The notes beneath the pieces are model-generated. The model saw only the letters and a list, made by a program, of their open reading frames with translations, was not told the DNA's origin and ran no database searches. This document shows positions 44,724 through 56,172 of a stretch of DNA of 64,000 bases, piece by piece. The translations under genes were made by a program, and so were the position numbers. The number at the start of each line of letters is the position of its first letter. Position 1 is the stretch's first letter. Source of the stretch: Paraspadella gotoi (Eukaryota > Animalia > Chaetognatha); the NCBI GenBank assembly GCA_051294375.1, contig CM119267.1, positions 2,863,631-2,927,630 of the forward strand, read 5' to 3'.

Positions 44724-46569
44724 ATGTCCTCGCTGGATTCTAACAGCTGCAGCTGCTGCAAAAAGCGTCCGCAAAAACTTCGGCGATGCTCAAAATGTAA
44801 AAGCGTATTTTACTGCAGCATCGATTGTCAAAAGAAAGATTGGGTGGCGAAGCATCGGGAAGAGTGTGGAAACGCTCCAGAGGAAGGACAGATGATTAAG
44901 GTTAAACTGAATGGTTTGAAAATTTTTCGTGAAATTAATTGAATATAAAAAATATAATACTATATAAAATTGGCTCTCTAGACGGCTTTCGGAGTCCTCC
45001 GCGCGAGCGACGTCATTGCCGACTCGCCCCGGTCCGGATTCGTGAAATTCCCTCTCCCGCCGCTAGGGAGACAGATTCTCAAAGCCGCCGTCGAAAACGG
45101 CGTCGTCGTTGAAACAAAAGGACAAGATGTAAGTAAAATTATGTGGACTATACTTATTTATTTATTTATTTATTTATTTTATTTCTTGTTTTGCCTTTTT
45201 TCTTTTTTCAAGTGTCAATTTTCATTTTTTTTCTTATCCCCCCCTAGGTTTTCGTGAACGTGATTTTGAACAGCGAATTGGCTGACGACGTCGACGACGC
45301 CATTATGAAGCAGATCGAGAATCTCCGCCGTTTGGGGAGATACTGGGAGATGTTGGAAAGTGCCGTCGACTACGAGGCCGTCGTTCGGTAGTGCATACAA
45401 AAAATATTTTAAGCATTACGTAGAAAAATATTTTAAGCTTTACGTAGAAAACTCATAAAATTATAATTTGACCAATCGGTTTTTTTTTTTATCCCAGATT
45501 TTACTTCGACGTTCTTCAACGTGAAGAGGAATCTTCTTCCGCCGATTCGACCGTCGCCTCCGCATCGATCGAGCCACGCCCTCCCGTCTCGGAGAGGCGG
45601 TTGTCAACCCTGGCGTCACTCCTCGTCAACGCATACCTCCTCCTGGCGACGCTTCCCCACGCCTTTCGTGACTTTCGCCTCTCCCTGGACTACGCCCTCA
45701 AGGGCCTCGATTTTTTGCGGCGTCTCGACGCCTCGTTTCCTGCGGTGGCGCCGCAAGTGGCGCCGGCGATGGAACGACTCGAGCGGCTGACGGCGACGAC
45801 GAGGGAGTGCGCGATACCTTCGTCGGAGATGGCGGCGCTGACGGGCGACGCCGACGCGTTGACGATCGACGATAGACTGGACCGCGCCGCTTCCGGAGGT
45901 GACGATGAGCGTCTATTAAAATCCCTCCGCCTGGCGACGCTGTACTTCGCGGCATTGGGAGATTTCATCGGTGCCACTCGTTACGCTTCAAGGTTTGTCG
46001 AGGAAGCGAAGAAGAGGCACTTCACGGCGTCCAAGGACGGCGTCGAATTTGAACGTCGCAAGTCGATCGCGGCTCTTTACGCCGACGCGATGAAGATTTA
46101 CGCGGAGGAAGTCACGTCACGTTCGACGAGCCATTCCGCCGGCGACGAGGCCCTCGATCTCGCAAGTCGCGTCTTCGAAATTGGCGAAGCCTTTGACCTT
46201 CAGAACGTTGCGCTCGAGGCGTCGACGAGGCTCTCGACCTGGTTGCTGCGCGGCCGCGTCGCTCGTCATCGACCCTTGAAGGCGGCGGAGGTTGCCGCCG
46301 ACCCGGAAGAGGCTCGAGAATTCGCGGCGAAGGCTTTGACGTCGTTGAGCAAGATGGGCCGCTGCGTAGAAGATTCATGCTCCATCTGTTTGGAGCCTTT
46401 CGATTGGTTGACCGAGGATTTTGAGAAAGCCCCGCCAATCAGGATTCTTCCTTTTTGTTATCATGTCTTTCACGACGAATGCATTTCTGGAGTCAATTTG
46501 AATTTGGCGGATGAGCATGAGAGTACGATCAAGTGTCCAGTGTGCAAAAATGTCACCAAAGATTTGTAG
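44724..46569 (+). CDS. MYND zinc finger + helical region + RING-H2 protein (putative E3 ligase), ~511 aa; exons 44724-44900, 44982-45128, 45248-45387, 45498-46569
   Basis: MYND CSCC..RCSKCKSVFYCSIDCQKKDWVAKHREEC; RING-H2 CSICLEPF..LPFCYHVFHDECI..KCPVC; junction phases 0,0,2 match. Confidence 0.85.
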
Positions 46570-47742
46570 GCGAAGCAAGGTACACTGCAGATTATTATTT
46601 TTTAGCTAGCTCTACCATGTTGTCTTACAGTTACTCTTAGCTTTCTCTCAGCGTCTTTGATAAAAATTAAAACCATATGTTTTTAATGAAATTTAATTAT
46701 TTGAATTGAAGTGATGATCTATTTGTTTTTGTGGGTTTTTTCTTCTTTTGCTTTTAATATTTTTTTACTAATAGCCGATACGGATCCTATAAGTTTTATT
46801 TTTACATTTATTAATCGGTCATTATAATGTCAACGATCGGCAATCTCGCTTAGTCTTTTTTCTTTCTCAACTTTCAAGTGATTTGTTTGCCTTTTAGTCC
46901 AGATCCGTGTTTTTAACCCGTGATCGCTGTAGATCGAAAGTTTTACTTCCATATTTTGACAACTCATGCGTCTTTATCATCTCATATACATCACGTTGGG
47001 ACAAAGTTATTCTTTGTTCACCTGCGTTTTCTTTTTCGTCTTATGTTTTTGTGAACAAAAAAATATGTAGTGAGCCACACGAATAATGAAAGAAACATTT
47101 TCTCCGTTTCATTATTTCAGCTCAATCTTTTTTTTTTTTATTTTCTCTCTTTTTCTCGATCGTTTATGAATCGATGTTCGCGAGGCCGTTTCCCTTCGGT
47201 AATCGTCGACGCCATTCCCCAGCCTCTCTCGCACCCTCCCTCTTCTCCCCCTCTCCCTCGACTCGACAACGAACATTCGCCCTGATTTTCTTTGACCCAA
47301 AGAATCCTCTTAAATCATCCATCGCCGGCGTCGCCCCGTTTCAATGATCGAGACCTTCAATCCGAGTACTCGTTCTCTTTCCCTCTCGACCTCCACTCGA
47401 ATCAGACATTTTCATACGTGATTGGTTCTTATTGTCAAGCGGATTGTATTGACATCGAACCTTATCATTTTTTTGATATGACGAACCTCAAAATTTAAAT
47501 CTGCACCGACTGAACCATGGGAGAGATAGCGAAATGTAATATATGTCGTCGATGGCGAACTTTAAAATCCCCATCTCCACTCTTTGATGGTTCGCGACTA
47601 AGCCACCTCACGCGCTCCCCAACTCGGGACCTTTCACGTAATTTTCTCATCGCTTCACGAAACACCCGATCCTCGACACCCCAGGCCCACACCTCTCCCC
47701 AGTCCTCATCCGCGGCTCGGGTCTGAATTAGATCCCGGTAAC

Positions 47743-47744
<2 letters not shown>

Positions 47745-47831
<87 letters not shown>

Positions 47832-48125
47832 TCTTCTCTTTCGTTCCGTGATAATTTTTTTTTTTTCATTCGGTACAGTTGTGTAAGCAAAAAATTTATA
47901 AAAGCGTAATTCTTGTGAATAACACGGAAAGAGCGCCAGATTGCCAAAAACTCCCATGTTCAAATAAACACACGAGGATGAACTAAAAGAATTGCGTGCG
48001 CCCACGCGTGCGTGCGAACGTGCGAGGATTCGTCCGTTGCTCGGAAGCTAAGAAAAAGTAAAACGCCCTCAAGTGAAAAAAAAAAATTGCAAAAAGTTCG
48101 ACAAAGCAGTCTCGACTGAAGATCG

Positions 48126-48169
<44 letters not shown>

Positions 48170-48175
48170 AGAGAG

Positions 48176-48218
<43 letters not shown>
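47745..48218. repeat. (CT)n and (GA)n microsatellites in inverted arrangement around a ~290-bp core
   Basis: (CT)n 47745-47835; (GA)n 48127-48218. Confidence 0.9.
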
Positions 48219-48220
<2 letters not shown>

Positions 48221-48870
48221 CTGCTTCGTCAAAAAAAAACAAAAACCGTTCTTCTCAGTTTTAATTCAACCTGGATTTTCGTTTAAAAGATGAAAAAACA
48301 TTATGTAATAAAGTAACAATGTTTTTGACCGAAATTCAAGGACCCCTTTATTTCATTACAATTATATCAAGTTTTTAACATTCGATGATTGCATTTAATT
48401 ATTATCGGTGATTGCTAATTAAACCACCGGATCACACGCCGTGCTTGACTTCATTCACTTTTTTTTGCGTCCAGACCGAACAACATTGAGTTCTACTCAA
48501 TTTGAGACGCCCATGAGGACGCAAGAGGGCGCCGTGCTCGAGTCTGGTGACGCGCCGCTGCACGCCCCACCGCGGACATTCTTTTCCGTCGAGGACGACG
48601 GCGACCGCGCGCTCGGGTCCCTCGCGATCGTCATGCGGCGACTTCCACTGAAGAATCGCGCGCCCCCCTCGCGTAGGAGCTGAAACTTAAAAAAGAAAAA
48701 AAAGAAAGCAAAAGACAAGAAAAGATTAAAACCGAAACGATACTCAAACGAAACCAAATAATAATAAAACTTAATTTACAAACAAACAACCAATTATTGA
48801 TTTATTTATTTGTTTATATACAATATACATTATTTACAAACCGCGCGCGAAGAAAATAACATTGTAAACA

Positions 48871-51800
48871 ATGCCGTACGTGTGCGAGAATTTCGAGCCA
48901 CAGACATGGCGGACGGACAGATGTCGCCACTGCTACAAGACCGAGGTGGACCATTTCATCGGCGCCGCTGCAGCCTCCATCAGCCGGCAAGTGGGAACGA
49001 CTTCGGCGACGGTGACCGCCTCCAGCGCCGCCTACGCCGCATCCATCGCAGCCTCGCGTAACTTGGCTTCCGTAGCGACGACGCCCGGATCCGTCTCTGC
49101 CTTCACCGCCTCTATCCTCTCGAACGCCTACAAGGGCTACGCGTCCGCCGCCGCCTCCTCTGCCAACAACTCCAAACCCTCCAGCTCCATCACCGCGACT
49201 TCCACCATCACGCCTACCGTACCGTCCAGCGTCACGGCGGAAACCCTCGCGGCGCTGCGGCGTCAGTACGGCATATCCAGCGGGACGACGGCTAAGACGG
49301 AGGCGGCGACGGCGTCGCCAACGACGACGCCGTCTACCGCACCCGGCACGAAACTGGCGACGACGACGACATCTCCCCTCAGCTCCGTCGGCGCCTCCTC
49401 GCTCAACAAGAAGAACGCGGATTCGGGAAAGGGCGGCGCCAGCTTCGGGTTTCGTCGTTCAGTCTCCAGGGATATCACACCGCGAAGATCACAGTCCAGG
49501 GATGACAAAGAGAACGACGACGGAAGACCGGGACCAGGGAGGCTGAGAGCCATGCAGGAGATCGTCGACGATTTGAGGAAAGAGTTGGCGATTCAAAAGC
49601 AAAAGCAGGAATTGGGCGACAGAGAAAAGAACACGACCATCACCAAACTCCGAGCTCAGATCTCCGATATCGAGAGCCAACGAATCGCCCTTAAGGCTAA
49701 GAACGACGTGCTTCAGTCCAAAGTAGACATGGCCGCCAAGGAGGCCAAGCCCACCGTCGGGCCTTCCTCATCCACCTACGCGAGTCAGATCAAGGTCGAC
49801 GAGTTGACGAGAAAGTTGAAGGATGCCGAAGAGAAATCCAAAAAGACGGAGGATTCCCAACGGTCGTCCATCGTGCGACTCGAAGCTCGACTCGCCGAGG
49901 CCGAAGTCACCAAGTCCAGACTGAAGAGCGAGAAAGATACGCAGCTTAAAGAGATGAAAGATTCCATCCAAAGTCTGGAGACTAATTATCAGAATTTGCT
50001 CAAGTCGGAAAAGGAGGCGAAGAACTTGCTGCGGGAGAAAGAGGATCGATGCCGGACGCTTGAGAAGGAGATGCAGCTCGTCATCTCCGCCGGCGGAAAG
50101 GGGCGTCCCAAGAGCTTCGCCGAGATGCCCGAGACTCAGCGGCAGGAATGCGCGGATCAGTTGCTGCGGACGAGGAACCAAGACTTGGAATTGGAAGTCC
50201 AAACGCTGAAGAGCGACAACGAGCGGCTCGCCAACGAGGCCAAAGATTTGCAAGACGAGATCGACGAGATGCAGGACACCTTCAGGGAAGATCACGCCGA
50301 GGAGTTCCGCGAGTTGCAGAAGGAATTGGAGATCACGGCGAAAAACTGCAGAATCCTTCAGTACAAGTTGAGAAAGGCGGAGAGAAAGGGAGAGTTGACA
50401 GAATCCGACCGCGCCGCCTACGAGGAAAAAATTCAAAATTTGACGAAGCAGTTGGAAGAGTCGGGCGTCAAGTCTTCGGCCGATTCCGTGCAGGCAGAGT
50501 TGAAGATGTCAAAGGAAATTTCCGTGCGACTTCACGAAGAAATCGACTCGTTGAAGAAAACCAAAGAAGCGAAGGAAAAAGAAAACGAAAAATTGTCATC
50601 GGAATTGCAACAGTCGAAAAAGTGGAAGGAGAGCATGGAGAAGGAATTGAAAGAGTTGCGCGCGCAAGTGGCCACGGAAAGATCCAAGAGTTATTACAAG
50701 ACATCCTACTCGGAAAATTGCAACGACGAAAAGGTGAAGATGATCGAGGAGGAAAACGAAAAGCTTCGATGGAACGTCGCGGAAAAAGAGAGAAAAATTG
50801 ACGAGCTGCAGTCGAAAATGTCGAACGTGGATTCGAGCGGAGGCAACAACAGTCAGATCGACATTCGAAAACAACTCAAGATGGTCGAGCACGAGGCCGG
50901 CATGCTGAGACAAAAGTTGCTGCAAATCGAGGAAGACAACGAGCAGTTGATCAATCAGAACCGAATGCTGCAGATGAAGTCGGCCTCTCGTGGGCGTGGC
51001 AACCAGATCATCGCCCCGGATTCCTCCTTCATGGAAAACATCGAGTTGAAGGAAAAAGTGGCGAAGCTGGAGAAAGAGTTAAAGATTTTGAAATTAAACG
51101 CGGGTGCGGAATCAAAGGACGTCGACGCCACCGAAGTGGCGATGCAATTTGCCAGGCGAATCGCGTCACTCGAGGCTGAGATTCATCGCCTCAAAAAAGA
51201 TCAGAAGAAAGAAGAAGCCATCGGCGGTTGGGACACAATGGAAAAGGATTTGAGGAATCGGATATCGTCGCTAGAACAAGAAAATAATGACCTCACCCTC
51301 GGTATTCGATCCAAGGAGACCATGTTGAACAAGATCGAAGCCGACTTGTCCTCGTGTCGGAAAGAATTGGAAAGAGTTAAGATGGCGTCGACGGATCGAT
51401 ACGATTCCGACGAAACGAAAGAAAAGATTTTTTCCATGAAGCAAAGACTCGACGCGTTGACGCAGTTGAAGGATAAAACGCAGGAACAATACGAGCAGGC
51501 GACGAGCGAACTTACTTCCGAGAAAAAGAAGCGTCTCGAAATGGAAAACAATTTAAAGCAGGCAGAGTTGAGAGCTAAAAGTCTCAAGGAACAGGTCGAC
51601 AGTTTACAAGCCAAGGTTAGTTCGCAGCAAAAGTTTCACGCGCAAAGACCGGGAACCATGGTCGTGTCCGACGAAGTGTATAAAAATTTAGAGGCCGAGA
51701 GAGATAAGTACAGAACGAGCTCGTCGCTCATGGAAACGAAACTGGCTTCCCTTCAAAATTCTTTGAAAAGCGTCGAAAACAAATTGAGCGAAAAGGAAAG

Positions 51801-54800
51801 TTCATTGAAAGGATTGGAGGAAAAATGGAAAGCGGAGAAAAGTTATTTGGAAGTTTCTCTCGACAACGAGAAAATGACGAATGAGAGAGAAAATAAACAA
51901 CATCAAGAGAAGGTTCGGACATTGGAAGAAATAATAAGGGGAAAAGACAATTTAATTTCGAGTAAAGAAGAGACGATTCGGGACAAAGAGACGAACGTTA
52001 GAAAACACGAAGAATCGTTTAAGAATACGATCATGGAGAAAGATAAGAAAATCCAAGATCTTGAAGGAAGAACGTTTAGAAGCGAAAAAACGGTTAAAGA
52101 GTTACAGATAAAATTGTATCAATTGGAGCAATCGAGAAAAGATGTTGCTAATCGTTTGAAAGATCTCGGCAAGAAAGTTGAGAAACAAGACAAGTCTTAC
52201 AAACAACTAGAAAAGGAACTGAAGGAAGAAAGGACGAGTCAAAAATTAGAAAAACAGCTTTTCGAAGAAAAATATCATCACGCGAGTCAATCTTTGGAAA
52301 AGGCCAACAAAAAGTTGAAAGATAAGGAAGAAAACTGGAAGCAAGAGAAGGAAACTTTAAACGTCAAAACGAAAGAGATTTCCGAAAAACTTAGAGATAT
52401 AGAAAGATCGAAAGAGGCCATGGAATACAATTATTGGGCCAACGAGAAAAAGGAGCTCCAACAAAAGTTGGACAAATCCGAAAGGCGCTTGCAGACCGAG
52501 AGAGAAGCCTGGGAAAAAGAGAGGAACTTTTTGAATAAATCGTTGGACACTGCATCGCTGTCGGGCGGACTCGGAGGCTCATACAATGGAGACGAGGTCG
52601 AAGCTCTGAAGAAACAAATTGCGGAAGAAAAAGACCAGATGAAGATTAGGTTCGAGAAAGAGGACAAACTTTGGCAGGCTGAGATCACGGCTCTCAAAAT
52701 GAAAAATCAAAGCGAGGTTAAGATGATGAGAGAAACGCAAAAAACGCTTCAATCAAACATCGAGAGGTTGACCAAGGAGAGAGAGGTTCTTAAAGACATC
52801 TTGGACGGCGCTCAAAGGAACATCGCGGAAGTTAAAAGCCGCTACTTGGCCGATGCAGAGATGTGGGAACGGGAAAGAGCGGCCTTGATCAGTCAAACGG
52901 TGGAAATGGAAGACATCAAGAAACAAATGAACACAATGCGACGGGAGATGGAGCTAATGTCCGACAATTACGCCAAGGAAAAGAGACTCCGCACCGGAAT
53001 CGAGAACAAATATTCCGTCGAAAAGAACGTTTGGGAGATGAGCCAGGTTCAGTTGAACAACAGGATCAAACAGCTGGAGGAAATGGCCTCGAAAGTGCCG
53101 AAAAAATCCAAGGAATTGCAGAACAAGTTGGACTCGGCCTTTGACAAGGAACGAACCGAAATGAAGAAGCTGCTGGAGTCGAACCGAGATTTAAATAATA
53201 AGCTGATCGAGGATTTACAATCCACCAAGATTTCCAAAGAGTCGGAAATCACAGAGATCCGAACGACGTTTGAGAAAGAACGTCAGGATTGGGAGAGGGA
53301 AAGATATTCGATTCAGAGAAGGAATCAAGAGTTGGAACAGATGGCGAACATGATGCTGCTGACGCAGCGAAGGCTGGAGGACCTTCAGTGGGAATACGGA
53401 GCCGCGGCTGAAATGTGGGCTTACGAGAGGGACGAGCTTCAAGAGCTTCTCAACGACTCGGAGCGGCACATCTTCCGCGACAGAGAAAAGATCGACGAGC
53501 TCGTCCTCGAACTGGAAAAATTCCGAAGGATTGCGCCCGTCCTTGAAAACTTCATGGCTGGCGGAGAAGAGGGCGAGACTCTGGACGACCGTTGGAAGAA
53601 GAAGATCACTCAAGTCTTGAAGCACGTGGAACAAATGAGCGATGATTTGCTCAACTACAAGACGGCCGTGGAGCGAGGATCCCCGGAACCCTTGAAGAGA
53701 ACTTCCTCGGATCCGGACATGGCCGTCGGAGATCGGAGCCAACGAAGAGGCTCTTTACCGGATCTCGTGGCGGATCAAGGGCCCAAATCGAAGGACGCCT
53801 CGGAATCCGATGCGGACAAGCGATCCACTAGATGGCGTTCACCGGCTCGAAAGCCGAAGCTTCATCGTCGTCAGTCTATAGAGTCTCTAGGAGGCATTAG
53901 CCGCAGCCGTAGTCCTTCCCGTTGGAGCATGGCGTCGGGAGGAAGCCGCAACGAAAGTCCCAATCGTTATTACAGCAGATACAATTATCTCCACTCTCGC
54001 GAAGGATCCATCTACGGGGGCTCCGAAGCCGGCTCCGACGACTCGCGTCCGCGTCAGGCCATCCCCAACGTCGTCTTCAACCGGAAGCCGCGAAGATCTG
54101 GCGGAAGCGGCGTCGACAAATCTGACGCTATCAGCGTCGGAAGCGGCACCGGATTGCGCTATCTCTCCGGCGCCACGGCGGCGACGTTCGAGGAAAAACT
54201 GCGCAACATCGGCAACTGGTCTCGTCAAGTCTCCGTCGAAGCCGAGGACCCGTCTTCCTTCAAGGAGACCAACGTTGACACGGGCGAAACCAAAACTTCT
54301 TTTCGTTATCCTAAATCCTCGAATCGTCGTTCGTCATCTCCTTCCGTGTCTCATCTCAGTTATCACCAACGTCCTTCGTACGACCGCGGGTTCGACTACG
54401 ACAACAGCGCCGCGCAGAGTGGATTTTCCACGCCGCTTCGTCCCTCGGCGCCGTCGACTTCCGACATTCATCGCGGATTCGGTCGACAGACTTCCGAATC
54501 CAAGTTGGCCGCTTCGACCGCCTTCGACGACGCTCAAGTGTCCAAGGTGGAACCGGCGTCGCTTCGCGTCGGCAACATGGTGCTGGCGCCGGAAAAAACT
54601 TCTTCGACGGCGAAATCGGAGACGACGAAACCCGGATGGAAGACTTCGTCGACCTCTTCTTCGACGCCCTCGTGGAAGGCGAAACCCGTCAAAGAGTCCA
54701 CGCCCTCCGCTTCGGGGCCTTCCAAGGGTAAGGCCAAGCCCACGCAGCCAGGAATCGGCAACCTGCTCAAGCGTTTCGAGAATCAAGACGGAGAATCTAG

Positions 54801-54927
54801 TTCCATTAAATTTCGATCCTCGGTAACGCGTGGCGACACCCCGGTTCCTCGAACGCAGCAGGACCGCGAGCAGGCGGAGAAGCAGCGCTCGGGCATCGCC
54901 AACAGGCTCTTCAGCTTTAAAAAGTGA
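48871..54927 (+). CDS. 2018-aa SOGA/MTCL-family-like coiled-coil protein, single coding exon
   Basis: EIDEMQDTFREDH..ELQKELEITAKNCRILQYKLRKAE, ELKMSKEISVRLHEE and RKQLKMVEHEAGMLRQK resemble SOGA1/MTCL1 blocks; long heptad region; N-terminal CENFEPQTWRTDRCRHCYKTEVDH Cys/His motif. Confidence 0.8.
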   Translation: MPYVCENFEPQTWRTDRCRHCYKTEVDHFIGAAAASISRQVGTTSATVTASSAAYAASIAASRNLASVATTPGSVSAFTASILSNAYKGYASAAASSANNSKPSSSITATSTITPTVPSSVTAETLAALRRQYGISSGTTAKTEAATASPTTTPSTAPGTKLATTTTSPLSSVGASSLNKKNADSGKGGASFGFRRSVSRDITPRRSQSRDDKENDDGRPGPGRLRAMQEIVDDLRKELAIQKQKQELGDREKNTTITKLRAQISDIESQRIALKAKNDVLQSKVDMAAKEAKPTVGPSSSTYASQIKVDELTRKLKDAEEKSKKTEDSQRSSIVRLEARLAEAEVTKSRLKSEKDTQLKEMKDSIQSLETNYQNLLKSEKEAKNLLREKEDRCRTLEKEMQLVISAGGKGRPKSFAEMPETQRQECADQLLRTRNQDLELEVQTLKSDNERLANEAKDLQDEIDEMQDTFREDHAEEFRELQKELEITAKNCRILQYKLRKAERKGELTESDRAAYEEKIQNLTKQLEESGVKSSADSVQAELKMSKEISVRLHEEIDSLKKTKEAKEKENEKLSSELQQSKKWKESMEKELKELRAQVATERSKSYYKTSYSENCNDEKVKMIEEENEKLRWNVAEKERKIDELQSKMSNVDSSGGNNSQIDIRKQLKMVEHEAGMLRQKLLQIEEDNEQLINQNRMLQMKSASRGRGNQIIAPDSSFMENIELKEKVAKLEKELKILKLNAGAESKDVDATEVAMQFARRIASLEAEIHRLKKDQKKEEAIGGWDTMEKDLRNRISSLEQENNDLTLGIRSKETMLNKIEADLSSCRKELERVKMASTDRYDSDETKEKIFSMKQRLDALTQLKDKTQEQYEQATSELTSEKKKRLEMENNLKQAELRAKSLKEQVDSLQAKVSSQQKFHAQRPGTMVVSDEVYKNLEAERDKYRTSSSLMETKLASLQNSLKSVENKLSEKESSLKGLEEKWKAEKSYLEVSLDNEKMTNERENKQHQEKVRTLEEIIRGKDNLISSKEETIRDKETNVRKHEESFKNTIMEKDKKIQDLEGRTFRSEKTVKELQIKLYQLEQSRKDVANRLKDLGKKVEKQDKSYKQLEKELKEERTSQKLEKQLFEEKYHHASQSLEKANKKLKDKEENWKQEKETLNVKTKEISEKLRDIERSKEAMEYNYWANEKKELQQKLDKSERRLQTEREAWEKERNFLNKSLDTASLSGGLGGSYNGDEVEALKKQIAEEKDQMKIRFEKEDKLWQAEITALKMKNQSEVKMMRETQKTLQSNIERLTKEREVLKDILDGAQRNIAEVKSRYLADAEMWERERAALISQTVEMEDIKKQMNTMRREMELMSDNYAKEKRLRTGIENKYSVEKNVWEMSQVQLNNRIKQLEEMASKVPKKSKELQNKLDSAFDKERTEMKKLLESNRDLNNKLIEDLQSTKISKESEITEIRTTFEKERQDWERERYSIQRRNQELEQMANMMLLTQRRLEDLQWEYGAAAEMWAYERDELQELLNDSERHIFRDREKIDELVLELEKFRRIAPVLENFMAGGEEGETLDDRWKKKITQVLKHVEQMSDDLLNYKTAVERGSPEPLKRTSSDPDMAVGDRSQRRGSLPDLVADQGPKSKDASESDADKRSTRWRSPARKPKLHRRQSIESLGGISRSRSPSRWSMASGGSRNESPNRYYSRYNYLHSREGSIYGGSEAGSDDSRPRQAIPNVVFNRKPRRSGGSGVDKSDAISVGSGTGLRYLSGATAATFEEKLRNIGNWSRQVSVEAEDPSSFKETNVDTGETKTSFRYPKSSNRRSSSPSVSHLSYHQRPSYDRGFDYDNSAAQSGFSTPLRPSAPSTSDIHRGFGRQTSESKLAASTAFDDAQVSKVEPASLRVGNMVLAPEKTSSTAKSETTKPGWKTSSTSSSTPSWKAKPVKESTPSASGPSKGKAKPTQPGIGNLLKRFENQDGESSSIKFRSSVTRGDTPVPRTQQDREQAEKQRSGIANRLFSFKK

Positions 54928-56172
54928 AAAAAAAAAAGGAAACGTGAACGGAAAACATGTTTTGTTTTTTTAGATCATGACTGACTTTTCGATTCAGTTT
55001 TAAACTCCATTTTAAATCCGTAGAGCGATAATATTATTGCCAATACGGTGCTTTAGGGAGTCAATGCCCTGGATCGAAACCGACGTTTTTAAGGCATCGC
55101 GCGCTCGTGTTTATTCTGAATTATCTTTCTCCACTGAAAGATGAATGAAAGGAGATCGAAAGGATGAAAGTCGTCCAGAGTCATTTATCGATCCTTTGGC
55201 TTAACAATTCTTAATTACATCTGGCAGAGAGAGAGAGAGATAGAGAGAAAGAGAACAAAAAGGCGTTCGATTCTTTTAAATGTTTACGAAATGAAAAAAA
55301 AAATCCGGCTCGATTCTCATCCCCGCGTGGTTTGTGTGTTCAGTGTTTTTGTTTATTTCTCTTTTGTTAAAACAATTTCCCCCCCCCCTGCACCCACCCT
55401 TTTTTAAACGTTGCGAACTCGTCTCCGACTCGTGATGTTGGTCAATGGTCAATGGCCATCCAACTCTTTTTGTTCATCGGTTCAGGGTACGAGTGGCAAC
55501 TTGACCAACCTTTTCAAATCATCATTTTCAGTAATAAGTTAACGTATATCACAATGTATCGCATCATTTTTTTTAGTACATTTTTTATTGTTTTTTTTTT
55601 CCTCGTATAAAATAACCAAAGAGCAACAAAAATTTCAAGTTTTTGACCAATAAGCATTGTACGTATAAGAAACATGTCAATAAACTAGTTTAATAATTAT
55701 AAGAATTATTATTATTACACTCTTACTTAAATCTGCTCTAACAAACGAAATTGATAGCTAGTTTTTCAAGAATTTTTTAAAAAAAATTCATAATAATTTT
55801 TCATTGAATGATTATCGAATTTTATTTAAAATATGAGTTTTACAATTTTCAGTCAAAGAAAAAATGTACTCAATAATCATGGCGGAGTCAGAAAGACTAG
55901 TATCAGCGGCAATGCTGATAAAAGAAAACAGCGGTTCGAAAATAATAAATATGAATTTTTAAATCGACGTTATATATATATGAAGAAACAAACTAAATTA
56001 ACTAGAAGATTTTCTAATGTGGCGTGGACGATGGAAAACGAGAACAAAGTTGTACCATGTTTTAATACTAGATTTTCATGTATAAAGTAATCGTCGGTTT
56101 TATTTACACATTGTCACTGGTTTGGCGGGAAAATTAAAAAGGACAGGAAAAGGACGTGTTTAGTTTTTCGTC

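Noticed and set aside
47495-48232. ORFs rich in ER/SL dipeptides (also at 2119-2913, 58590-59039, 62269-63242)
   Set aside because: Translations of (GA/CT)n microsatellites.
49263-54826. Many overlapping antisense and alternate-frame ORFs in the coiled-coil gene (likewise in other GC-rich exons)
   Set aside because: Shadow ORFs expected from codon bias; no recognisable domains.
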